From Octopus bimaculoides (taxonomy: Eukaryota), in contig NC_068982.1 in the NCBI RefSeq assembly GCF_001194135.2, positions 117,766,025-117,830,024 on the forward strand: a stretch of DNA of 64,000 bases. The letters are read 5' to 3'. The position numbers were made by a program, and so were the translations under genes. Positions 24,661 to 39,622 of this stretch are shown here, one piece after another. The stretch's first letter is position 1. Every line of letters begins with the position of its first letter. The notes beneath the pieces are model-generated. The model searched no databases. It saw only the letters and a list, made by a program, of their open reading frames with translations, and was not told the origin of the DNA.

Positions 24661-26131
24661 CGTGTATGTATATATNNNNNNNNNNNNNNNNNNNNNNNNN
24701 NNNNNNNNNNNNNNNNNNNNNNNNNNNNNNNNNNNNNNNNNNNNNNNNNNNNNNNNNNNNNNNNNNNNNNNNNNNNNNNNNNNNNNNNNNNNNNNNNNNN
24801 NNNNNNNNNNNNNNNNNNNNNNNNNNNNNNNNNNNNNNNNNNNNNNNNNNNNNNNNNNNNNNNNNNNNNNNNNNNNNNNNNNNNNNNNNNNNNNNNNNNN
24901 NNNNNNNNNNNNNNNNNNNNNNNNNNNNNNNNNNNNNNNNNNNNNNNNNNNNNNNNNNNNNNNNNNNNNNNNNNNNNNNNNNNNNNNNNNNNNNNNNNNN
25001 NNNNNNNNNNNNNNNNNNNNNNNNNNNNNNNNNNNNNNNNNNNNNNNNNNNNNNNNNNNNNNNNNNNNNNNNNNNNNNNNNNNNNNNNNNNNNNNNNNNN
25101 NNNNNNNNNNNNNNNNNNNNNNNNNNNNNNNNNNNNNNNNNNNNNNNNNNNNNNNNNNNNNNNNNNNNNNNNNNNNNNNNNNNNNNNNNNNNNNNNNNNN
25201 NNNNNNNNNNNNNNNNNNNNNNNNNNNNNNNNNNNNNNNNNNNNNNNNNNNNNNNNNNNNNNNNNNNNNNNNNNNNNNNNNNNNNNNNNNNNNNNNNNNN
25301 NNNNNNNNNNNNNNNNNNNNNNNNNNNNNNNNNNNNNNNNNNNNNNNNNNNNNNNNNNNNNNNNNNNNNNNNNNNNNNNNNNNNNNNNNNNNNNNNNNNN
25401 NNNNNNNNNNNNNNNNNNNNNNNNNNNNNNNNNNNNNNNNNNNNNNNNNNNNNNNNNNNCCAAAACTATTTTAGAACTTATTTCAGTATCTAAACCAATG
25501 GCACCATTTGCCAATTTATATTTGTAAATAACTACAGAAATGCTATTTTATATTTATTTTACATCCATGCCTATGACAAAATGAACTTACCAATATTTAG
25601 ACACCTCACTCATTGATTCATCACAATATTTCATTATTCTTAATTTTATTCACCTTTGGAACAACAGAGCCTAAAAAAGGCAAGAAACCGAGATAGAGGG
25701 TCATATTTGTGCCAACTGGAATTGAACCTGGTTACCTTGGTTTTCATATTTGTCTCATTCCTTTTACCAAAAAAAATTTTTTGAACTAACCAGCTCTTCT
25801 TTCTTTGTTTCCTTCTCTTTTCACTTGACGCTCCTTTCAGATACTCAGGAACACACACACACAAGCACACATAAACACACACACAAAAACACACCCACTC
25901 TATTCTCTCACTGGACAATGATGGTAACGTTTTGAACAATAATTTTTCCCAAACAATGCTCCCCTTAAATAGCCACCTGGTTTTGCCATTTTTAAAGGTC
26001 AAGTATCAGCTTGTCATCTTCTATTGAAAGAACCGATCAGCTATAAACACAATTTACTTTCCTCTTTCACTCTTCCTTCTTTCTTTCCTTCTCTTTCCCA
26101 TTGTCTCTCCTTTCAGATACACAGGCACGAA

Positions 26132-26175
<44 letters not shown>

Positions 26176-27721
26176 AAACACACACACACACANNNNNNNN
26201 NNNNNNNNNNNNNNNNNNNNNNNNNNNNNNNNNNNNNNNNNNNNNNNNNNNNNNNNNNNNNNNNNNNNNNNNNNNNNNNNNNNNNNNNNNNNNNNNNNNN
26301 NNNNNNNNNNNNNNNNNNNNNNNNNNNNNNNNNNNNNNNNNNNNNNNNNNNNNNNNNNNNNNNNNNNNNNNNNNNNNNNNNNNNNNNNNNNNNNNNNNNN
26401 NNNNNNNNNNNNNNNNNNNNNNNNNNNNNNNNNNNNNNNNNNNNNNNNNNNNNNNNNNNNNNNNNNNNNNNNNNNNNNNNNNNNNNNNNNNNNNNNNNNN
26501 NNNNNNNNNNNNNNNNNNNNNNNNNNNNNNNNNNNNNNNNNNNNNNNNNNNNNNNNNNNNNNNNNNNNNNNNNNNNNNNNNNNNNNNNNNNNNNNNNNNN
26601 NNNNNNNNNNNNNNNNNNNNNNNNNNNNNNNNNNNNNNNNNNNNNNNNNNNNNNNNNNNNNNNNNNNNNNNNNNNNNNNNNNNNNNNNNNNNNNNNNNNN
26701 NNNNNNNNNNNNNNNNNNNNNNNNNNNNNNNNNNNNNNNNNNNNNNNNNNNNNNNNNNNNNNNNNNNNNNNNNNNNNNNNNNNNNNNNNNNNNNNNNNNN
26801 NNNNNNNNNNNNNNNNNNNNNNNNNNNNNNNNNNNNNNNNNNNNNNNNNNNNNNNNNNNNNNNNNNNNNNNNNNNNNNNNNNNNNNNNNNNNNNNNNNNN
26901 NNNNNNNNNNNNNNNNNNNNNNNNNNNNNNNNNNTATATATATACATTGTAGCTGTGTACATAGGTGAGTGTGTGGAGTGAAAGAAATCTTTGAAGTGTA
27001 AGGTGATAGTCTTTGCAGTATAAGCATTCCTATGCTCATCCGTTTACTCCTAATGCTTAGAGTCGCCAAAAACATCATAAAATGGTTTAACTTCACTCAA
27101 TGGCAAATGCTTTGACGGATATGATAACATACAACTAACTTTAATTTGATTTTATTTGACTCTTATATATTTTATTATTACTAATTGACTTAAAGTTTCT
27201 AAGATATATCAACTCAAGGCTTTGAGGGTTTGGTGTATTTGCATGTGCTTGACAAGTCCATCAGAATGCATCTCAAGCTTATTTAATAGGTTGATCATGT
27301 TTTCAAATGAAGACATTTGGGGTTGTCAACGAACTATAAGGATATCTTTACATATTTCTATGTATTGCATAACATTTCATGCATTGTATAACATTGTATG
27401 AGATGTGAATTATTTTTTAAAAAATCGATCGTATACTGAAACGGTTGTAACGTTGATGTGATCTGTTATTACTCACTCTGGGGAGACTACTGCCCATTAT
27501 CAGGACGTTGTGAAGTGCTCACCTTCTATCAACTGAAGCCGTACCGATCTTCATTCGTTAACCTTAGTCCTGCATGGTGAGCTAAAGACACGATAGTCAG
27601 GATTACAATTGTGTCTATCTATCTATCTATCTATCTATCTACCTCCCTATATATACATATGTATTCTTATACATACACACACATACACACATATATATAT
27701 TCATATACACACATGTGTGTG

Positions 27722-27787
<66 letters not shown>

Positions 27788-28329
27788 TGTGTATATGTAT
27801 TTATGCATCTATTTGCCTATCTATTTGTCTATAAAGAGAGAGAGATAAAGAGAGGAAGAGAGAGTGAGAGAGGGGGGGGGGAGAAAATAGAATTGAAGGA
27901 AAGAGATACAAACCTGCAGAAATTTAGAATGTACAAAATAAGTAAGCACTATGTTAAGCAAAAAAATATTTCATCGCTTATACATTTTTCATTCGGTCGC
28001 AGAAGGTAATTTATGTATCATCATGTCTCCACGTAGTCACTGAAATATATCAGCATATCATTTCTGCAATAGAAGCCTTTGCTATCTCATAATATATCTC
28101 ACATTTTTTGTTGATTATCTATGTTATTCATTTGTAAATATCATCTTTAGATTTACTCGGTTTTAACTCCTACCCATATTTGGCGGTAAATCAATAAAAC
28201 ATTTGACGGATATAATCTATTTATTTTTTAACTTGTACACAAATCGTACTACATTTTCTATATATATATATATAAAACATTGCTTTGGAGAATTATAAGA
28301 AGTTGTGGTTGAAGACAGAAAAGCTCTTG

Positions 28330-29260
28330 GTAATAGTAGGGTCTTGCAAATAGTAAGAAATATATGATGCTCACTCCAAATACAAACATGAATGAAACAC
28401 TGAATAACATTGAAGATAACACAACTAGAAGGCACCACGTATACTTTCGAGCGGTGATTTCAATACAACAGAAGGTCGGGTAAAACTATTACAAACGAGT
28501 TGAACCGATGGATAGAGGAAATAAGAACGAGATATCACTTTAAGATTTATTTTAAAAAGTGAACTTAATGCAACAAATGGGGTTGATGCTAACCGTGCCT
28601 TGATTATACATGTTCTGATCTACAATTTTGATATCATAAAATTGTCCATTAATGATATAACTAAAATTGATATTCCCCAGGTATCCACCAAATCCCGTTT
28701 TAAATAAAATATGCATCTCAAAATGGAGGAAATACATAACGTGATGCCACCAATATTGTCTCGAAATACAGTATATATAGGTTTAGACAATCATCTAATG
28801 ATCACTAATAACCAGACTCGTGAACTTGTTTGCATAAAAGAATCAAGAAATTACACTCAATATCAAAAGAAAAACAAAATGCGTGAAGGAATTAAAGATC
28901 ACCAAATCTGACGCGCATCTATATGAAATATAAACCAAATATCAGAACTGCGTAATAGGTGGAAAAATATGGCAATACATTGTAAATACGTTGTAAAGAT
29001 TAGCGATACAGATGTTTATGTATATATGACACATCAATCGCTGTCAGAATCTGGCTTTAGAAACAGAGGCTATCATTATAACAACTCAGGCTCACTGTCT
29101 ACCAATAAGAAAGTACAAAGTAGTGCTTTTCTTTAAAAAATGGTACTTATACTTGAATTGACCATCTCATCTCGTCTAATGACAGACATATTTACAATAT
29201 GCTTGCCCCACACTCGTAATGGACTAGGCATAATACAATGTCTGCTATGTTGGAAAAGAA
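28330..29260 (+). mobile_element. Old R4/Dong-like fragment (thumb to zinc-knuckle region)
   Basis: LKSELNA..., RWKNMAIHCKY...THQSLSES, LALETEAIIITTQAHCLPIRKY, IDHLISS...LAP..*WTRHN. Confidence 0.75.
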
Positions 29261-32200
29261 AGGCTTCGAAGCTATCAAAGGGATCATTGAGAAGCAGACA
29301 AAGTGAACATGCGGAAAGTGGAGAGGAAACAATATATACGAAACTAGCTGCTTATTATTCTGACTTAAAAAAAACAATAGCCAAGGCAATAACGCGTAAA
29401 TAAAAACAAGAAAAATATTCCTTAGTCAATGTAATGTTTAAGTGTGGGATATGATAAAATTCAATAATAGCAAAAAAAAAAAAAAAGAACTCGCTTGAAA
29501 TCAGGAACGAAATATTTTACTGTAGCTGTACAAGTATTAATGTATAACGACATATGTTAATTATAAAATGAATGTAACCAGAAGCTATCAAGTAAAAGTT
29601 ATGTAATCAGTTAAGCTGAGTTGTGTATCCTTTTCATTTTTCGCTATTCAGTTCTTGCACATTATGCATATATCTAAATACGCAATGCCAGCAGCTATTT
29701 CTAGTTCGAATTCGAAAGAATGCAAATTGATATTTATATATACCAAACATTGTACATGATTAGGATCGGGCAACCTATCTCTCCGTCATGCACCTCAAGC
29801 TGACAAGGTTGTCAAGTCAAGCAATTAAGAGAGATGGGAAAAGTTTTCTAAGAGAGATATGAAAATATGTTTTGTGAGAGACATCATGATCTATTAGGAG
29901 CGAAATATCCCCTGCAAGAACAAAAAGAAACTGTCAAATAACTATGATGTTTAATAACTGAATAAACAGAATGTCAGACATGAAAATAGTACCCATAATA
30001 ATGACTTACACAATCACCGTGTCATTGAACTACTTACCAACATTCACAAAATGCATACGAAAATCAATAATCAACCAGCTCAATGCTCACCGTATCTATT
30101 TTACAAAAATGGGTGAATCACGTAAGTAACATTACAAAACATATAAATCTCAGTATATTCAACACTGGTGCCATTTGTAAACATATATATTAGACATATG
30201 AATGTACTATTGCTGAAAAAGAAGAAATTCTAATGAAACTGTTAAGAACATGATGGTGATAGAATAATCGCACAATGCGGTCACTTTTGAAAGTAGGAGC
30301 CATGACGATGCCATCTATTTCACTTAATGGCTGGTTCTATTTAACAAATGGAGGAAATAAAATCAAAGTTTTGGTTAATATGCTTCCATTGACATTCAAA
30401 TGATTTTGCTTATCATCGCCCTCCATGAAATTGGTAATAGATATAATACAGTATCACGGAGCTCGGGAACTCATATCAGCTTTCTCGAATTGGCAAAAGG
30501 TCCAATTCAAATACACAACTCTCATGTTGCACCCTCTCCTCAATTCGTACCCACTATTACCACATTACAAAATAGCACATATTACATGATGAATGTATTT
30601 CAGAACACTAACATAACATCAGTAACAATTCCTAGATCAAAGGAAGCCATAACGTCGAATAAAGCAAATCTTAAAACAACAAAACATCCCCAGGAATACA
30701 TAGATCTATCTTTTAATAAATATATATATATTACTCTCGATGAAATACCTGTGGAAAATTTACAACGGCGATAATTTGCATACACTTAGGGAAATTAGTT
30801 CATTTTCGTGTCATATCAAAAATGTAGGGCAAATGTTTTAATTCGGAAGTATATTACCCTATGAGCGTACAGACCAATGACACGCAACTAAAATTATCAA
30901 TCGAGAGATTTAGTCCACCACGAAACGTGAGAAACAATACAAATTATTCCATATCATTCAGTCCTAGCTAAATGGGGAAGACATTCGCTGAAATTGCACA
31001 TAAAATGGGAAGAAGAACAGAACAATAGCGTAATCAAAATAAAACAAGAACACATAGACACAAGAGGAATTGCGGTTTCTGTTTTTGGATTTAAAATCAG
31101 AACATTCGAAAGATAGAATATTTAATGAAACATAAACAACGAATAAATGACAAGCAAAAATGCAAATGATGACAGTTAATAAAAACAAGTCAATAACTTT
31201 TAGAGTATTCAGGGCATAAAACAGAATTCTTAAATCAGAAATAAATCTACGAAGTCATCTAACGTGCATTACTACTCAAGATATATCCAGTGAACTACTG
31301 AGCTATAATACGTTTAGGTGCACCTATATAAGCAAAATAGTATCATTTAACAGAAAATTACAGTGAATGCACTGAACGTCGAATTAGAGCAGAATGCTCA
31401 TACACGCACACACACACACACACATATGTGGGAGCTGAGTGGCGGGGCTGGGGTGTATGTGTGTGTGCGCGCGCGTGTGCGTGCTAAATAGAAAATCAAC
31501 ACAAAAAAAACAGAAACAAAATACAAAACAAAGGGGAACGAAGCAAAAGCAAAACACTCCCAAATAACACATGTTATCTGCTCGACTTCTTTCTAAGAAT
31601 ACTATTTCTGTGTTGTTCTTATACAATCTCATATTCTGTTTTCCCCAAACTGACATTTAGTATTCTGTGGTCTTTAAAAAGTATTTCCACCAACATTTCA
31701 TCTGTGATATATTGCTTGTCAATCAGCCTGAGAGGGTCTGTGCTAATGTAAGAAATAACAATTTCTTTAATCTCACATTACAATACATTTAATATATTTT
31801 AAATAGTGTTCTTATGACCACGTGGAAAACTTTTACTCTATTTGTTTTTATTTATTTTTTCAATAATATTATTCATGAGATATTAATCATTATGAAAGAA
31901 ATTTCTATGATTATTAAAATATTTATAGGAATTGACATATGTTCTAGTCTCAGACTCTGGCACACCGTCACGTACATTGCCATCTTTTTATAAACATAAA
32001 TTCTTTTTCATATAGTATGTCTAAATGATTAATTTTCTATTTTAATTATGAATCAACTACTTTTTAAAACACATGCTCTTAAGTGTTTGTATATATGGAA
32101 ATAGAATTCTGGCATTTATAAATATTCTATATTTACGATAAAATGAAGAACATGTAAATTTCTCCAGAAAGAATTCTAGATGACATGGTGTATTACTGAT

Positions 32201-33007
32201 GTTTATATAAAAGTTTATATATAATCTGAGATTGTATAAGAACAACAGAGAAATATTATTCTTAGAAAATTGTGAGACTGAAAGTTAGTAATGGAAAATC
32301 ACTGCTAGGAAAATTTATTAAATATATTCAATTAATATCTCGGTGAAAATTCTTAATGGTCTAAAACGGAAATAGATTTCAAAGATGTTTCTGTTAAAAT
32401 ACTGTGACTAAATATGACACTCTTCAGATACAATCTAACGTATTGTGTTATTATACTCATAAAATGAATTTGATCATTATTCAAGATTGCACTTCAAATG
32501 ACTGAAGAAATTTTATGTACATGGCACACAATAAATTTTAGTTGAGCGCCCCTTTGAAAATGAAGTAGATTAAATAATTCTAATATAAGAGAAGACGTAG
32601 CATTGGTGGAAATGTATGGGAACTTATGATAGGGAGACCATGAAATATACCAATACGTCTAAGAAATCACTTGTCAAACTACACTGAAATAAGGAGATAT
32701 CGTCTAGGATCAATGTTGTAAAACAATATTAGTCAATTGTTTACTCACTGCATATACTGGTTTCTGGTTGACTTTAAAAGTAATGTAACGAATCAAATTC
32801 ATAAAAGGCCATCATTACACAGCGGCCTCTTTAACCCAACACAACATATAAGCCACATTTTGACCATATTTTGTTTTGTTTTACTCACAATTGTGTAATA
32901 TATATAATGAACACACATTCCTTTTTAAGCACATTCATTGAATTGTCGACCGTTGTTGCTAGTAAGTTACAATTATAGAATAACACGTCTCATCCAATAA
33001 TTTACAG

Positions 33008-33147
33008 AAAACCTATAATAGTTTTTGAATACTTTCCATGTCGACTCTGCACTTCTCCACAACTACAATTTATTATACACAGTGTTAGAATAGTGCATAC
33101 GACGTCACCAGCTTTTGGTCCTAATTCAGTTTCGTATCCCGGAATCC
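33008..33147 (+). CDS. Candidate ectodomain/stalk exon KPIIVFEYFPCRLCTSPQLQFIIHSVRIVHTTSPAFGPNSVSYPGI
   Basis: Acceptor catccaataatttacag, weak donor cc|gtatct; phase 2-1, linking exons 24211 and 38260 in frame. Confidence 0.3.
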
Positions 33148-34044
33148 GTATCTGATTATTCTTAAAGTGATTGCGAACGTCAACTGCATCGGAGAAATCA
33201 GGTTTCATACAAAATGTAATGTGAAGTAAACAACTCTACATCTATACCCAAATGAAGCTAAAATGCTAAGGAAGAAGGCCTCTCATTCATTATTTGTAAA
33301 ACCTTATTCAAGCTAACTCACATATCAACTTATAACAAAAAGAAATATTTTCCATTAGGTATCGCAAATCAGTCATTGGAGTATTTCCAATATTAAGACT
33401 CCATTATAACCAATACCTCTGCAACATTTAAGATCATTTGTCCACTACCAAATATTTTCTACTCATCAGATATCTATATAAAAACCAACGGGCACGTAAC
33501 ACGTAGCATATACTTTTTGCAGACAAGTAATCACTACAGTAACGAACAACCAGTTGTTGAAAAATTTCTGGTTATGCGTGCACTTCATCTCCGACTTATC
33601 TAAAGAGAAAATTAGATTATGTAAATGCCTTCTTAAACCCATTAGTTCACAAACCTCAAACAAATAAATCTCGCAAGATTCAATCTATCAAATAACTCGC
33701 ATGTTTCTGGGGAAAATATAGTTTAAAACTTCTGGGCTAAACACCATACTTCTTATAATCGTGTAACGCTTATCCCCAGCACTAAATCCAGTATAAATTC
33801 AATTCTTGATGAACGTACCTGTGCCAGTTTAGCGAAATCGAACTACACATAATTCACAGTTTTTATCAATTATAAATATACCAGACTCACTGCCTTTTGT
33901 CTCAAATTCTACGTTACACTTGTCACAAAACGCTTTTATCTGAAACATTCCATCATCACACAAGTCGTACTGCTAGCATGGATACATTATGAGTACGTAC
34001 AAAATTCTGGCACTGCAAGCCATTTTATCTTTCTTATATTCTTG

Positions 34045-34250
34045 TGCTGGCAGAATCTTTACCGTGCCAAACAAAATGCTTAATTGGCATTTCGTCCGTC
34101 TTTATATTTTGTGTTCAAATTCCGCCGAGGTCAACTAGGCTTTGCATTCTATCAGGGGTCGATAAAAGTAACAGTTTATACCGGGGTCAATGTAATTGAC
34201 TATCCCCGCCCCAACAAAATTCCAGGCCTTCTACCTAAAGCAGAAAACGT
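34045..34250 (+). mobile_element. Octopus tRNA-derived SINE
   Basis: gctggcagaatc...ttcaaattccgccgaggtcaact...ggggtcgataaaa...caggccttctacctaaagcagaaa. Confidence 0.88.
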
Positions 34251-37228
34251 AACTAGCCAGATGTACTCGCCATCCCTACTGGTATCCGCATCAAAACCTC
34301 CCATTCTTCTTCGGTCGTGTATCCCATCCCCCTGAAAATATATATAGCGCCATACACAAAAAATAGACCTGCAAATATTTGCGTCATTTCCAAAATTTCA
34401 AATAATATAAATAATCATTAACAATTAATATTTCTATTTCAGTACTGTTCATTTTTCAGTAAATATTTGTAAGGCATCACTGAAGAAAAATTCAAAATTC
34501 ACTGAGAACATGCACTCTCACAAAAAGTGTCCTAACGTGCAGCATTGAAGTTTCTGAGAACTTCATCTATAACAAAACCTTCCACTTGGCTGAAACAAAC
34601 AGGCAACACAAATGTGTTATCTAATATGCAATTATAATTCTGATCATCTTCTATGTTGGCTCTTAGGTTGGAGTTTGAACCTTGCAAGTATCTGCAACAG
34701 CGGAGGCGGGAATGCCTTATTTAGCTTCTCAAAATGCAGTCTTTGTGCATATGAAGGAAAACCCCTTTTTCGACACTGCCTCTATTTTAGCAGAAAACGA
34801 AACTCTAATAAAATTTTCTAGTACTAAGTTTTACACGAATTCATAGTCTTCATTGAGGGTAGCATATTTTGTAAAAATGCTTAAGCTTATCGTTGCTCAT
34901 TCGTCAACTTCATAAGAGTTCACAACACACTGTAACTCCTCTACTCAACTTCTTCCAGTAGCCTGTATTTCCAGCACTTCCTTATGGTGTCGAACTTCAG
35001 GAATATATTTTAACGTTAATTTACAGATGTGAATATTAAACCTCTACCACATCAATTTATAAGTTAGGAGAGCCTGCCAATAAATATCAGAGAAGCTTCT
35101 TCCAAAAGACTATCTATAAAATGCAGCTTGTGAATCATTCGATATTCTATTATAATTTTGGATGAAAAAGTAAACGAATCAATAAAACGTCATGATCAAG
35201 AATAACCAAATGAATGCCTAAATTATTGAAAATATTATAAATGAGATAAACCTTTGAGCTAGATTCACATTTTTTACGTACTGCATTATATTGCAAGATA
35301 TTTTTAAAAAAGTAACCATTCAGACAGACATTAACTACAGTTGAAATCATATTGGATTGCTTATTGAAACCTACTACCCGTGACGAAGACCATGCCGTCC
35401 AAAGTCTAATGAGTGAAATATGATAAAGAGAAAATGTTTGAGAGATCATCTGATTATTTGCACTTGTTTTTACCTGTTCAGCTTTAAGCATTCCTATATA
35501 AAATAAAGCTTGCATCTCGTGTGGCATTTATAGAATTCACTCAATTGCAGTTATTCAAACATTTCTCCCTTTGCTCCTAATCTCACATGTTCTGTGAAGT
35601 GTTAACGGCCCTGTACTGCATCTGTGTTAAAGAACGGCAAATAATTTCACGTTACATTACTTCATTCTGTCAGTATATGACCACCAAAATATTCTATAAA
35701 CGCTATAGTTATTCACTGAATAACAAAAATATATAAATTTATTTATATTATCAAATATTTCTTTTTCGCAATACAACAGCCCATCCTTCAAGCATTTTAA
35801 TACCAAAAATTACTACTTCAACACGAAAATAGATTTATCTATAATCAGACTAAGTTAACAAAACAAATCTCTTAATTTCTTCAGAACATTTATAATAAAT
35901 ATTTTCTTAGGAGTTCAAAAAACGATTCAATATTTTTGTAATGCTTTCTCTATAATGATATATTTTAAACATATATTTCTATTCTTTTATCATTTTTCAT
36001 AATTGTTCTCACATTTTGAATTTAAATTTCCACTACAATGTTATTAAACATGAAATTAAAACCTCAATTGTTTTGCATGCCTAATACTTAATTCTGGCAA
36101 TATTTAATGCGATACTTTTTGTTGATTGAATTGTTCTCAGTTCTTCGCCGCTAAATCGAATTTTGAATGATTATATTTATAATTTATTTATAATTTACTT
36201 TCGTGATTAATTAGTGGATTTTTCAGTTGTTTAAACAATCCATCTTAAATATTCCAATACTTTATTAAAATATTTTTTCTCTTTACTTCTCTTTCTTTAT
36301 GTCATATAATGATTTATAGTGTCTTTAGAGCCTGTGGAAAATGATGTTATGTGATTACAACTTTCACAAACTGAAATAATGGTTGTTAATTAGAGATAAT
36401 TTGATGAGATATGCGTTACAAAATAACAGAAAATAACTAAATATGGACTTTAAAATCTTAACACGATCTCATAAGATTTGAAATATATGTTTTCCTATAT
36501 AAATTTTTGTCTGTGTCTGCTTTTAGATTATTCGCAAAACTGCAAGTATTTTTTAATCTAGATTGTTCTTACGTAACGATGTGTTGAGTTCCAGCATTAT
36601 GTCCCAAATCACCTATAAATTTTGCCTGTCTATCTTAAAATTGCTGGGCAGAGTTTCAATTTAAAAAAGACCAAATGGTCATAACTGTAAATTTTTTGAT
36701 CATTGGTTTGTCTCCAATGCTGACCTAGGCTCAAATAGCAACCTAAATTGATTGTTTTCTATTGATCAGATACAAGATGTGAGATAATAGATGTTTATTC
36801 CATTTGTTTTTACAACCGTCTCATAATCTATATTAGGTATATAAGCGAGACTTCATCACCCGTTACCCACATAGATGAATACATACTCACATATACACCC
36901 GTCAATATGTATGTATATGTATATATACATACATCTATTTATCAACCGATATTCAGGCAATTATCAACATGGCCAGTTAAGGAACTAAATACGACCGACT
37001 GACAGCGTTAGCAGGAACATTTCCGTTAAATCTCACTATAGTAAACATTAATGCATTTCAATGAGATTAAATAGGCCGTGTATTTTGTTTCTAGAAAAAT
37101 ATACTGTCTTTTGTATTCTTGATATTGTTTTCACATTTTATTGCATTTTAGGGCCTTAGCGGATAAATTATCTTTTGTCAATAATCCTAACTCTTTTTAT
37201 GTGGCAAGATTACAGTTGTATAACAATG

Positions 37229-37283
<55 letters not shown>

Positions 37284-37359
37284 CATTCAAAGATATATTT
37301 GCATACATAGAGTAATCTGTTTATAATTCATAAAACCAGAATGGTTTTGAATAAAAAAA

Positions 37360-37530
37360 ATCTGCCTGGGGGATAATCAAAGTCCATTCAGTTTGCAATA
37401 AACACAATTTAGCCAGAGTGTAAGTACTACGATGATTGCTATTTCTGCTGTTTGAACATCCAAGACTTTTCAAAGAAACCGTAAATCTGATGTCAAGTAC
37501 CAATTTTGGCTTCAAATTTGATGCCTGCAC
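37360..37530 (+). mobile_element. Chapaev3-like (CMC superfamily) transposase fragment
   Basis: GG*SKSIQFAINTI*PECKYYDDCYFCCLNIQDFSKK...VPILASNLMPAH, matching the F..PM.WREP..H.DDCYFC..N..G..K...YP...SA..P..H motif. Confidence 0.65.
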
Positions 37531-37809
37531 ATGATCAAGGAGAGAGTAATTAGAGTAAATTTATTCGACCATCTATATTTTCAAGATAAAAGTAGCTCCT
37601 AGCCCCAAGGCCAGATAATTTCAACGTGCAAATGAAGTGAAAGTTATATATTTCATTAGGGTCAAATGATTTCGGAATAATTTTGTACCTTACTGAACAT
37701 TAGAGTAATGAAACCAATACAATGTTCAAACATACATAGAAGTACGTATACATAAAGCTTGACATACTAGAATTCACAAGCATATTCAGTCGGCTGATCT
37801 TATCCCAAG

Positions 37810-37985
37810 CTAGTTAACTCATAGTGCTACAATTCCGGGTCAGATTAGACCTGGGGTCAATAGTGGCAAAGTGGCGGTTCGACATTCCTTAAACCCTGGA
37901 ACTCTCGAACCGGAGCCCCTCTACCGGAAACAGTAAATCCACTGGAAGAGTTGGAACTCCTTTGTGTAGAGGGATACTCGGTGTA
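37810..37985 (+). mobile_element. Second short interspersed repeat family, diverged
   Basis: tccgggtcagattagacctgggg...ggaactctcgaaccggagcccctctaccgga resembles a common octopus repeat (recognition only). Confidence 0.4.
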
Positions 37986-38259
37986 AAATTAGAGCTTTCA
38001 CGTAATCACTGCTTTTCTCACTTCGGCCTGTTGTTAGGCGCTCATAATGAAGACTACTGGACAGACACTCGTGCTGGCCAAGCCTTTATATTTATGATCT
38101 AATTATGTACATATATCTCTCTATTATAATCTCATTTCTCATTCCATCTACTTAATGTCCCATAACGTTGAAAAGGTGGTGACGTGTGTAGAATAAATTG
38201 CAACTTTCGTTTGTCAATAATGCTCCAAACCATGCAAATATGCAGTGTTTACTGAACAG

Positions 38260-38366
38260 TCATCTCTGCGGCCATGGACGGAAAGTCAGAAATGCCATTG
38301 ACAATGAGGAAGCAGAAGGAGAGTGTGATCATCATTGCAGTTGGAGGAATCACCATATGTTTGTAT
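38260..38366 (+). CDS. Candidate juxtamembrane/TM exon ISAAMDGKSEMPLTMRKQKESVIIIAVGGITICLY
   Basis: Acceptor gtgtttactgaacag, donor tat|gtaagc; phase 1-0; hydrophobic run at the 3' end; gcggccATGG at 38274 is also a perfect Kozak context. Confidence 0.45.
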
Positions 38367-39550
38367 GTAAGCACAGAAAACCCCTGTTTGCCATTAACCT
38401 TTTCGGTGTATCGCGTTCTATCTCTGAAAGCCGAATGATTAATTGACAATGGCGAATACGCCCCTGATTAAAGTAAGTAGAGACAATATTGTAGATCGAA
38501 AACTTCTATGCCGGATCTTTTTCATGGCTACCGTCATAACAATGTAAAAAAACAAAACAACAAATTGAAATAATAAAATAATCACGGATAAATTATCCTA
38601 AAAGTTTTCGAGGAACAGAAATATAAGGGATAGAAATCAACAGTTGGGGTGACGAAAAAAGTTGCAACCGAAAACATTCCTACGCAGACAACAGTAGCTG
38701 TTATTGTATTAGTCACCAGGCGATGAAGAAAGGATCAGTTATTACAACTGCAGGGTTTACGCAATAATATAGATGACCGAATACAAAATATACCAAATAA
38801 AACAACAAACTAGTATACTTGAAGGAGCTGCTATGCTTATATCGATTATCAAGGGCAAGGGTGTCATTTTTGCCATGCAGCCCACGGTTCTTACTGAAAA
38901 TGTGTCAAATCTCTCTGGCCATAACGCTTTTTTTTTTTTGCAAATACACTGTGAAGCAGTATATTCCTGTTAATCTAAAGGCACTCGACAAATGGAACGT
39001 CTCACTTTTAATGTGTTTTCCGCTGAAAAAGGAAATTGTATAATCTTCATTTCAGTAGAACTTGTGTATATTATTCGGTGTCTGTTAAATTAGCAGTCTG
39101 ACAGGAGGAATCTACATGTCATAGGTGGTTAATAAATGTGACTGGTGATTTTACGATGAACACAATCTGGATCCGTCATACACGCTATTCGACATCAACA
39201 AACAACACACTTTAGCAAAGTTCTCACATAGAATAAAGGCGTGCAGAAAAAATGCAATTATCTTCTCGCATCTCGGACAGACTTTCAGATTTAACTTCAA
39301 TGCCTCTAAAATTTACTGCCAATATGCAATGCAACCGACCTATTCTCAGTGTTAAACCAGGGGTTATAGAATTTTTCCACAGTCACAATGCTGAAAGTAT
39401 TTGCAATTAGATCATTTTACCTTCGTGGGCGTAAAACTGTAGCGATGAATGTCATCTCTATTCTGCAACAATAAACCTCGCTACAATACTTTACATATTT
39501 CTGACCGTTTACCGCAGCTAATAGAAATATATCTTTCTAACATATTGCAG

Positions 39551-39622
39551 ATGTCACTGCTCATTATTGGTCCTCGTTCGGCCGCCGATGAGAATGGCCT
39601 CAATTCGTTTTATGTGAATCGA
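39551..39622 (+). CDS. Candidate optional exon MSLLIIGPRSAADENGLNSFYVNR
   Basis: Acceptor atctttctaacatattgcag, donor cga|gtaaat; 72 bp, phase 0-0; extends the hydrophobic run of the previous exon. Confidence 0.3.

Noticed and set aside
30400-30774. 124-aa ORF in unique AT-rich DNA
   Set aside because: No recognisable motif, splice sites or codon signal.
34679-34846. TLQVSATAEAGMPYLASQNAVFVHMKENPFF, cadherin-like rhythm
   Set aside because: Lacks the DxD and DxNDN calcium motifs and has no good acceptor in that frame.
38895-39022. Minus-strand exon-like segment (strong acceptor; GKHIKSETFHLSSAFRLTGIYCFTVYL, MAM-like)
   Set aside because: Needs a length change in an A12 run to stay open, and it has no supported partner exons.
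39287-39355. RFNFNASKIYCQ...YSQC Kunitz-like stretch
   Set aside because: No acceptor, N-terminal cysteines misplaced, and a stop follows immediately.
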